Shown here: piece after piece, positions 53,275 through 64,000 of the stretch | Numbering within the stretch: the first letter of the stretch is position 1 | Layout of the letters: each line of letters begins with the position of its first letter | Source of the DNA: Mobula birostris | Lineage: Eukaryota | NCBI RefSeq assembly: GCF_030028105.1 | Contig: NC_092398.1 | Location: forward strand, 15,436,600-15,500,599 | DNA: 64,000 bases | Direction of reading: 5' to 3' | Translations under genes and position numbers: made by a program | Notes under the pieces: model-generated | The model's database searches: none | The model's input: the letters and a program-made list of their open reading frames with translations, nothing else | What the model was told of the DNA's origin: nothing

Positions 53275-53800
53275 GTCGGCGACTCTGTACAAACTCTCGC
53301 AAAACTCAGAACTGAGTGAGAAATGAAGAGAGAAGCGGCGGTTCAGAGTTATTTAAAGGCAGCGAGCGGACGGGGCGGAGACACCTTATTGTCAGCTCCT
53401 GGTCACTCTGTCTCTGTGCTTCTTTCTCCTCAAAAACACCCCCATTCCAATTAAAATAAGGCACCTCCATCTCCCAGATCGCTCTCTGTCTGTGTCCGAG
53501 GCCGGACTCTTTGCTGTAAAACAAGCTTGGTCCGAACTAAAGGCAACATTATTCATATAAATCCGTTTAATTGCTGCACTGACCTCGTTCTCTCCCGTGA
53601 TCACCGGAATGCTCACCGTTTTCCGACTGAAATATCGAAACCAACTAAAAATATGGGCAATTCCCGCTTCAGGACTGAGTTGGGGAGCTGGGCCACCTCG
53701 TGATAGGGAAATCTTTTTATTTTCCACAGGAGGGACGGCGAAACGCGGCGACGTGATCGGACTCACAAACACAGCCGCATCGCATTCAAAGTGTCACTGG

Positions 53801-53960
53801 CTTGTCTTAAAAAATGCAAACAACAGGAATTCTGCAGATGCTGGAAATTCAAGCAACACACATCAAAGTTGCTGGTGAACGCAGCAGGCTAGGCAGCATC
53901 TCTAGGAAGAGGTATAGTCGACGTTTCAGACGAGACCCTTCGTTAGTCCTGATTTATGTA
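53801..53960. mobile_element. Penelope-type short insertion specific to unit C
   Basis: Same family as 36783-36986. The paralogous site (gtgtcactgg|tttatctg, about 36255) is empty. Confidence 0.75.
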
Positions 53961-56900
53961 GTTTATCTGTTCTGTATCTTGCAATATTTAATTTACACAC
54001 TTTGTTTATTTATGTGTAAGAAATCTATCGATTTTATCCTTTACACGTTAATTCGGAGAAACGTTGTCTCGTTTGACGGTATACATGTATATTGTTAAAC
54101 GACAATAAACTTGATTTGTTTGACAGTGATACCAGGCTGAACCGTCAGGTCCCTCTCTGACACACCGTTCAGATCTGCACAAACTGTGGACCCAATGTAC
54201 AGTTCCCAGCACAAGTTTTCCTCTCCGCTTCAGTGTTACCGTGTGTTGCTTGTAGATTCCCAGCTCAGCAACATCTCCACTTCTTTCTCTTATCTCTGGA
54301 GCCATATTTTTCTCCTGAGTAAACATTCATTACAAAACTCACCCACCTCCTGGGGCTCAAGATCTTGGTAGCCCTACTGATCTATAAGGGAACCGAATCT
54401 CTCCCTAACTACCCTTTCATTCTTAAGACAACGGGAGAACCTCTTCGGAGATTCCTGAACTTTACCTGCCAGATCCATCTCATACTCCCTCTCTTTGCCC
54501 TCCTGATTTCCTTCCTCAGAGCATACTCAATCTTTTCGTAGCCAGAAAGGGATTGGTTTGATGCCAACCTCCTGAATGAAATGTATGATTTCCTTTCTCT
54601 TTTAAAACTGAACCTCATTATCTCTCATTTGCCAAGGTTCCCCAAACCTGCCAGATTACCCTTCACCCCAACGGGAACATTCTGTTCCCAGACACTTGCT
54701 GTCTCACTTGCCATTTATTCATTTTCTTTCTTACAGGCTCTCCAAATCCACCTTGGCTCGTAACTAATTCCCCCAACGTTACCCTGCCCCAGTTTACAGC
54801 ACTAACCTGTGGAGCTGACCGACTGTATCTTTCCCATCACTCTCTTAAGCTAACAGAAAGAATGAAGAAGGTATCAAAAATTACTACGGAACCTTGGTTA
54901 ACTGTGGAAATCAGCCGAGGAATGGCTGTCTTACTGAACATCCAGACTCAGAAAAGACTTCAGAAAGAAGGCCAGTTCTCAAGAGTTTGGTTCCTCTTGT
55001 GACTGTACAGTGTCTGCGCTCTGTTCAGTCAGGACACAACGTTTGGGTTTATTGAGATACAGCACGGAAAAGGTATCTACAGCCCCTTCAGCCATGCTGG
55101 CCAGCAATCCACCAGTTAAATCCCCGGCAATTTATAATGACCGATTAACCTCCCAACCAGTAGTTCTCTGGACTGTGGGAGGAAACCGGAGCACCAGAGA
55201 ATGTATAGACTCCTCACTGGCAACAGCAGGATTTGAACCCTGGTCACCTGCAATTTTAAACCTTTCCTTCCTGAAACTTCCACAAAACTGGCATCACAGA
55301 TGGACAGGATGGGGAAGAAAGTATTTGGTACACTGGCCTCCATCGGCAAAGATGATTAGCACAGGGGCTGGAATGTGATGTTCCTTTTGTGTAAGACGTT
55401 GATGAATCCACACCCAGAATATTCTGTGCAGCTTTAGTCACCCTCATTAGAGCCACAGTGTAACTACTTTTTAAAGAGTGCAAAAAAGGTTTAGAAGAGT
55501 AATGGTGGGAACTGAAGGCCTGAGTTATGTGATGGTGGTGGCTGTGCTGTCCGCAAACTTCAAGCGAAGACATTAAGACCTGTCAGATATAAGTAGCCAT
55601 GAATATGCTCACTAAAGGGAGATAATACTGTCATGACCCAATCTTCAAAGATTGGTTTATTCTCCATGGTGTTTCGCTGCCAATACAACCACTATTCGAA
55701 TGGTGGGCCCCACTCAAAGGAAAAGTTACTTTCAGCTAATAAAGTAGTTTAAAGTAATAAACACAAGAAATTCTGTAGATGCTGGAAATCCAAAACAACA
55801 TACACAAAATGCTGGAGGAACTAATCAAATGAGGCAGTGTCCATGGAAAAGAACAAACAATCGATGTTTCGGGCAGAGACCTTTTTCAGAATTGGAGATG
55901 AAGCAATTTGATAGCACAGGAGAGGGGACCACAGGAAAAAAGGAAGGAGGGGGCTCCAGGGAGAGGTGATTGGTAGGTGAGAAGAGGCAAGAGTCCAGAG
56001 TGGAGAAAAGAAGGGGAGATGGAGGGAATTTTTTTTTTAACCAGATGGGAAAATTGATATTGACGCCATCAGTTTAGAGGCGACTCAGGTGGAAGATAAG
56101 GTGTTGCTCCTCCACCCTGAGGGTGGCCTCGTTGTGGCACAAGAGGAGGCCAGGGACCCAACATGTAAGAATGGGAATGGGAATAAAAATGAAATTTAGG
56201 GCCATCACTTCGTTCCACTTTTAGTGGATGGAGCAGAGATGCTTAATAAAGCAGTACCCCAATTTATGACAGGTGTCACCAATGTAGAGGAGGTTACATC
56301 GAGAGCATCGGATACAATAGACAAACCCAGTAGATTCACAGGTGAAATGTTCCCTCAGCTGGAAGGACTCTTTGGGGTTCTGAATGGAGGTGAGCGAGGA
56401 GGCGGGTAGACAGGTGTAGCACTTTGGCCACTTGATACAAGCCAGAGGGGAGATTAGTTGGTGTGGATGAATGGACAAGGAAATTACTGGGAGGCGGGGG
56501 AAGGATTGGGGGTGTGGTAGGAAGGTGAAGTTATGTTTGGTGATAAGATCCCTTTGGAGGTGTAGTTTAAAGTAGTTTAAAACACATTTTTAAAAATTTA
56601 ATCACTTAAACCCAAACAACACTCTCAAAACACATTAAAAAATCAAACAGTTGCTATCTTAAACATTTCCAAATTCTTGCAGAGCATTTCTATCTTATCT
56701 TGAATCTTGAAACATTATACACTGAAACATGTCCCGGCCTCAGGTTTCCCATTCGCATTCTCACATAATCCTTGGAGCACACCACATCGTCCCCTCTGTA
56801 ACCTTCCCATGCTGGAAAACTCCCACATTTCCTCCTTCCTATCTCTCTGGTCCCTTTCATATCCTCATATTACTGTTTTTAGATTGGTGGCCTGTGCCCA

Positions 56901-58969
56901 GTGGTGTGTTGCAGGGATCTGTGCTGGGTCTCCTATTGGTTGTCCTATCCGGTATATTGATAATCTGGATGAGATTATAGGTGCATGATTAATAAGTTTC
57001 CAGATGACACCAACATTGATGGTATGATGGACAATGACGAAGGTTGTTTAAATTACAAGAGAATAAACATCAGTTGTGTAAATAACAAGGAAATGACAGC
57101 TGGAATTTAATTCAGACAAATCCAAAGTGCAGACTTTTGGTCAGTTAAGCCAGGGCAGAAGATTACACAGTGAGAGGTAGTGCCCTGGAGGGCACTGCAT
57201 AACTGCAGACTGGTGGGTAGAATTCCTAAAAGTGCATACGTAGGTCGACACGGTGGAAAAGAAAGCGAATGACACACTGATGGCAATGAGTACAAGAGTC
57301 GGTATGTTGTATTACAATTGTTCAAGATGCTGGTAAGATTGCTCTTGGGATATTGTGTGCAGTTCTGGTCACCGAGCTACAGGAACAATGTGATTCAGCT
57401 GCAATTGCTGTAGAAAGCATTCACAACGATGTTACTGGAGTGCTGGAGTTACACGGGGAGATGGATAGGGCGGGACTGTTTGTTCTGGAGCACAGGGAGA
57501 TAAGGGTGAATTTAAGGAGGTATATTAAATCCCTCTGTAGCCTCACACTGTGCAACCTCCTTCCATCCCCATGACCCTCTGAAATGTCTACTCTCCCACT
57601 TCGGTGGGCCATTTACATCGTTACTTCCCCCAGTCAGATTAGGGACCTGAGACCAGTGGTGGGCTGCAGAGGTCTGTGCTCTTCTGTTTATCATTTACAC
57701 CACATGCTGCATCCGTAAAGCAAACAGCATTATGAAGGGCCCCACGCACCCCTCATACAAACTCTTCTCCCTCCTGCCACCTGGCAAAAAGCACCAAAGC
57801 ATTCGGGCTTTCACGACCAGACTATGTAACAGTTTCTTCCCCCAAGTCATCAGACTTCTCAATACCCAGCGCCTGAACTGACACCAACCTACTGCCCTCT
57901 ACTGTGCCTATTGTCTTGTTTAATATTTATTGTCATGCCTGCACTGTTTTGTGCACTTTATGCAGTCCTGGGTAGGTCTGTAGTCTAGTGTAGTTTTTGT
58001 GTTGTTTTACACAGTTCAGCGTAGTTTTTGTATTGTTTCATGTAGCACCATGTTGTCTCATTTTTACTGTGTACTGTTCCATCAGTTATGGTCAAAATGA
58101 CAATAAAAAGTGACTTGACTTGACTTAACATTGCATTTGTGTTCCTTAGCGCCAAGTCAACTTGCAAATTGACCTTTAGGGAACACTGAACAAGCACAAG
58201 GGCTCCCAAATCCCTCTGCACATCTGATTTTTAAAAATTTTCTCCCCATTTAGAAGATTGTCTACACCTTTGTTCCTTCTACCAAAGTGCATGACCATAT
58301 ACTTCCAGACACAATATTCCATTTGGTACTTCTTTGCCTAATCTCACAATGTTTCTAAGTCCTCTGCACACTCCCTGCTTCTATACCTGTCCATCCAACC
58401 CTCTTTGCATCATCTGCAATCTTGACCACAAAGAGATCAACTCCAACAGCCAAATCATTGATGTGTAATGTGAAAAGAAGTCGTCCCAATGCCGACCCTT
58501 GTGGAACACCACTAGTCACCACCAGCCAGTCTGAAAATTCCAATTTTGGTGGTTTAATGGACAGTGAGACAGATGGATTAGGAGTGTGGGATAGGAAATG
58601 GACCATGGGAGTTAACAGAGCCAAGTGCAAAGTGAGGAATTTTGATAATTTATTTCAGAACAGGGCTTACATAGTAAATGACAGGTCTCTGACAGGTGTA
58701 AAACAGAGACAAAGTGTTGACACAGGTAGACAATTTGGTGAAGAAGGCATTTGTTCAATTTGCCTTCATCAGAGTAGTGAGTACAGTACCTTGGATGTCA
58801 TGTCACAGCGTAGCAGTTAGCACAAGGCTGTTACAGCTCTGGGCATTCTGGAGTTCCATTTCAGTGCCATCTGTAAGGAGCATACCTTCTCCCCGTGAAC
58901 ACATGGGTTTCTTCGGAGTGCTCCAGTTCCTCTCACACTGAAGACATATCAGTTAGGAGGTTAGTTGGT

Positions 58970-61392
58970 ACCCCCTCACTCACTGCCCCGGAATGTATTA
59001 TCTCATTAGATGCTGAGAAAGCCTTTGACAGAGATGAATGGCCTCATTTATTTAATGTTCTTGACAAATTTAATTTTAGTTTGACATTTATATCTTTGAT
59101 TAAATTGTTATATTACTCCCCGGTAGCCTCGGTTTGTACAAATAATCATAGATCTCCTTTTTTTCGTCTTTTTCGTGGTACTAGGCAAGGTTGCCCTCTT
59201 AGTCCTTTACTATTCGATATTGCCCTTGAACCTTTAGCAATTGCTAGTCATGACTCACCAAATATGTTTGGTATTACCCATGGAAACGAAATACATAAAT
59301 TATCATTATATGCAGATGATTTGTTGTTATACATCTCTAATCCGGAGAAGTCAATTCCTGCTATTCTAGGTCTGTTGGCTCAATTTAGTAAGTTCTCTGG
59401 TTACAAATTGAATATTAATAAGAGTGAATTATTCCCTTTAAATAAGCAGGTACCTATTTATAGACATTTACCATTTAAATTGGTTACTGGTTCATTTATA
59501 TATTTAGGGATAACAATTACAAAAAAATATAAAGATTTATTTAAAGCTAATTTTTTACCTTTAATTGATCAGATTAAACTTTTGTTTACTAAATGGTCAC
59601 TAATCTCTTTGTCTTTGATTGGTCGGATTAATGCTATTAAGATGATCATTTTGCCCAAATTTTTGTATATATTTCAATCGGTTCCAATTTTTATCCCAAA
59701 ATCTTTTTCGATAACGTAGATTCAAAAATTTCTTCATATATTTGGCAGAACAGATATCCTAGGTTAGGTAAAAGGTATCTACAGAAATCTAAAAAAGAGG
59801 GGTGTTTGCCCTCCTGAATTTTAGATTCTATTACTGGGCAATTAATATTCGATATTTAAAATTTTGGTTACGAGATTTGGATGTATCTTGAAACCCACAT
59901 TGGGTAACTCTTGAATCTAATTCATTACAAGGGTTTTCCTTGGGTTCGGTTTGAGGAACTTCACTTCCTTTTACTTCTTTTAAATCGTATAAACAAATGA
60001 ATAATCCAATAGTTAAGCATACTTTACGTATATGGTTTCAATTCCGAAGATTTTTTGGGTTTAATCAATTTATTCTAGCAAGTCCCATTATATCAAATTT
60101 CCTTTTTCACGCTTCCACTATGGATCAAGCTTACTTTGATTGGAAAACCAAAGGTATAATATCTTTTTGCGATTTATTTTTGGATAATTGTTTTATGTCT
60201 TTTGATCAACTCTCTAATAAATATAACTTACCCAGATCTCACTTTTTTAGATATCTACAGATCAGAAACTTTTTAATTACTGTCTCTCCTAATTTTCCAC
60301 ACCCATATCCAATGGACACTTCGGAAAAAATTTTAGATTTAAATCGTTCTCAGAAAAGTGTAGTAGCAATTATATATAATATAATTATGAATTTATGTCC
60401 TGATGCTTCTAATAAAATTAAAGCTGACTGGGAAAGAGAACTTGAGATTAATATACTGATTGAAAAATGGGAAAAAATTCTTCAGTTGGTTAATTCATCC
60501 TCTGTATGTGCTAAACATATGTTGATACAGTTTAAAGTAGTGCACAGGGCTCATATGTCCAAAGATAAACTATCTCATTATTATTCTTATATTAGTCCAA
60601 TATGTGACAGATGTCATTCCGAGATAACTTCTTTAACCCACATGTTTTGGTCATGTCCTTTGTTGGAAAAATATTGGAAAGATATTTTTGATATTATTTC
60701 AACAGTCTTGAATACAGACTTACAACCTCATCCAATTACTGCTATCTTTGGATTACCAATGATAGATTTAAATTATTTAACCTCTTCATCACGTAGGATG
60801 ATTGCATTTCTTACTTTAATGGCTAGAAGATCCATTCTGTTGAATTGGAAAGAGATTAACCCTCCTACTGTATTTCATTGGTTTTCACAAACTATGGTGT
60901 GTTTGAATTTGGAGAAAATTAGAAGTGCGGTTTATGACCCTTCCATTAAGTTTGAAAAAACTTGGAGGCCGTTCATTCAGCCTTTTCATTTGATGTAATT
61001 TGATCATTTCCAAACTTGTTTTATCTTTCTGTACTGTTGGTGGAGAGGAATGGAGTCGTCGAAATTAAGGTTTTCTTCTTTCCCATTTTTAAGTTGTTAG
61101 TACTGCCCAAGTCTTTTAGCTTAGTTGATTAATTTTGTTTTTTTTGGGGGGGATGGGGTTTGTTTTTTTATTTTGTTTTTTTTTCTTTTTCATGTTTTTT
61201 TTCCAGTTTTTTTTTTTGCTTTGTATTATTCGTTGTTAGTTTTATATGATTGGGGGCTTTGTTAATTTACACTATTTGGTTTTGCAATTACTTTTTTTTA
61301 AGTGTAACAATATATCTCCTACTATTTGTATTATTGCTATGTTTTGTTTCTATGATTTGAAATTAATAAAAAGATTGAAAAAGAAAGAAAGC
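58970..61392 (+). mobile_element. 5'-truncated L1-clade LINE with a 12-bp TSD, specific to unit C
   Basis: ISLDAEKAFDR, GTRQGCPLSP and YADD in ORF 58895-59719; CDRC...THMFWSC in ORF 59997-60998. T-rich 3' UTR, AATAAA at 61365-61370 and an A-rich tail. TSD AGGTTAGTTGGT at 58958-58969 and 61393-61404. Confidence 0.95.
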
Positions 61393-63124
61393 AGGTTAGT
61401 TGGTCATTGTAAATTGTCGTGTGATTAGGCTAGAGTTAGATAGGTGGGTCTCTGGGTGGTGCGACTCATTGTTCCGGAGGGGCTTGCATTGTGAGAGGAT
61501 GAAGATATAACAAGTCCTGAGGGACAATTTTGTCCACAGAGGATGGTGGGTTAGTGGAATATTCTGCCAGAAGGTACTGCAGAGGTGGGTATATTTACTA
61601 TATTGAAAAGTCATTTTGCCAGGTACATTGATAAGAAAGTGTGAGAGCGATATGGGCCAAATTGAGGTTGGGTTTAGCTTAGGTCAGCGATTTGATTGGC
61701 ACTGAGTTGGGCCAGAGGGCCCATGTCCATGCTGCACAAATCAATGACTATATTTTGGGAAGTTAAGCTAAGGCAGGATGTACACAGTGAATGGCAGGGA
61801 GCTGTGAAATGTTGCTGAACAAAGAACTTGTGGGTTCCTACCTCCACCACTGCCACAAGCCACTCATTCCAGATGATAATCATTGTTTGTGAGAGAAATT
61901 TACCCCTCAGGACCCCTTGAACCTCCATCCTGTCACTTTAAATATATGTTCTCTAACTTTCAACACCCATAGCATAGGTAACATAGTCTTTCTATTTATC
62001 CAATCTATTCCTCATATCATTCTCCGTACCCCTCATGTCACCTCTCACCCCTTTCACTACAGCAAAGTCAAACCCAGCTTCATCACATCACATCACGTCT
62101 GTAGTGTGGTGACAAGAACTGTACACAATATTTCAAATACAGCCGAACCAACTGCTTGTACATCTGAAACATGATACCACAACACTTATACTAAATTCTT
62201 TGGCTGATGAAAGCAGGCAGTCCACACACCTGCTTCACAAGCCTGTCAGCCTGTGATGCCACTTTCAGGGACTGTGTAACAACACCTGAGGCATCTGCAA
62301 AGGTACTTCAATGGACAAGGCACAGAGTGATATGGAATTAATGCAGGCCAGTGTGTTTAGTATAGGTGGGCATGACAGTCAACACAGATGTGATGGGCCA
62401 AAGGGCCTGTTTCTGTGCTGTACAAATCTATGACTACTAAACACTCCACAACTGCCTGCAGTGACTCTGGCTGCCTTGGACCTCAGCTCTGAGCTTGTCT
62501 CACTGACCCCCATGTCCTCTGAGATGATACAGGGAGCCTCACGCTGTAATTGACCTGTCATTTCTCTCTCTTAATACTATCCATTTCCATCTGAACCTTT
62601 CCTATCGATGTACCTATCAAAATGCCTTTCGAATACTGTAATTGGACCCACTTCTACCACTTCATCTTGCAGCTTGTTTCATCTATCCACCACCTGTCTG
62701 TCTGACTAGGTACCATATCCGATGCGGACTTTGGTGACCATGGTTTTCCATATAGATCTATCCTTCGTTTTTTGGATGACTTCCATTTCCTCAATGTGTA
62801 GCCACCTGGCTATGCTTTTGATGTACATAAGCTGAAGTCTTCCTCCAGGTTTACTCCCCTCAATCTTTCCAGAGAGTATGAGTTTTTCTAGTTAATCTTT
62901 CCGCATGATGTGTCCTAGGAATCTGAGTTGTCTTTCTCTTATTGTTGGTATGAGTGAGTGACTGAGTGTTCATGGGGAGAAGGTACCACCACCATTTGTG
63001 TAAAAATTTGTCCCTCATGTCCACTCTCTACTTAAATCTCTGCCCTTGGGACTTAGACTCCCCACATATGGAAAGAAGACTGTGGTCATTCACCTTATCA
63101 ATACCCCTTATGATTTTATACACC

Positions 63125-63615
63125 TACAGACTCACTTTGAAGGTCTCTACAAATCATTGGAAAGCGTACAGAGGAGATTTACCAGGATACTGCTTGGTGT
63201 AGAGAGTATGCATTATGATCAGAGATTAAGGGAGCTAGGGCTTTACTCTCTGGAAAGGAGGAGGATGAGAAGGGACACGTTAGAGTATACAAGACATTAA
63301 GAGGAATAGATAGAGTGGACAGCCAGCACCCCTTCCCCAGGGCACCACTGCTCAATATAAGAGGACATGGCTTTAAGGTAACAGGTGGGAAATTCAAGGG
63401 GAATATTAGAGGAAGTCTTTTTACTCAGAGAGTGGTTGGTGTGTGGAATGTAGTGACTGAGTCAGGGGTGGAGGCAGATACACTCGTGAAATTTAAGAGA
63501 TAACTAGACAAGTATATGGAAGAATTTATTTGAGGAGTTATATGGGAGGCAGGGTTCAAGGGTCAGCACAACGTTGTGGGCTGAGGGCCCTGTACTGTGC
63601 TGTACTATTCTATGT
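63125..63615 (+). mobile_element. CR1 3' fragment (paralog at about 43290-43780)
   Basis: LESVQRRFTR...LRELGLYSLERRRMR and a tattctatgt tail. Confidence 0.8.
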
Positions 63616-64000
63616 TACCAGATTGATTGATTGATTTGCAATTTTTTTTACACATTAGTTCTTTGTCAATCTTTGTTTGTGTGCAGTTCTTCACTGACTC
63701 TATTGTACTTTTTTGTTCTGTTGTGAATGCCTTCATGAAAATCTCAGAGCAGTATATGGTGGTATTTATACTTTGATAATAAATTTACTTTAAACTTTTC
63801 AACTTCGAAGACTGGTGGATTGTGGATGGAGTAAAGGACTATCAATGAACACAGAGGGATATGGATCGGGTAGGAATGGCAGGGTCAGTTCAGTGGAGTT
63901 TTACATGGATATGTGAATATAAAGGGACTGTAGTGATATACAGTAGATGATATACAGGAGGGTGTTCTGTACAAAGTCCCATTGTATCTCAGATGTTTGG

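Overview
This is vertebrate genomic DNA. The repeat landscape (CR1, Nimb/I, L1, RTE, Rex1, Penelope-derived and V-SINE-like elements) suggests a cartilaginous fish, probably a ray; that assignment is inference. The window holds a replication-dependent histone gene cluster built from three paralogous, repeat-riddled units with the ancestral order H4(+) H2A(-) H3(-) H1(-). Intact genes: H4 x2, H3.2 x3, H2B x1, H2A x1 and H1 x2, all intronless with 3' stem-loops and HDE-like purine tracts. Damaged copies: an H2A with lost start and a frameshift, an H2A with a C-terminal frameshift and a LINE fragment in its leader, and an H1 cut by a deletion of about 3.6 kb. About 30.9-44.2 kb and 48.1-64 kb form a recent tandem duplication with a period of about 17.5 kb and unit-specific insertions. 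A probable two-exon gene with 14 C2H2 zinc fingers lies between units A and B. The most notable structures are an H2A cassette flanked by inverted copies of its own promoter, a mosaic H3 gene, shared E2F/CHR-like modules upstream of the histone genes, Penelope-type repeats with degenerate hammerhead cores (one folded into a 182-bp palindrome), and young LINE insertions with clear target-site duplications. I found no convincing new protein-coding system; the unusual signals concern cluster architecture and mobile elements.
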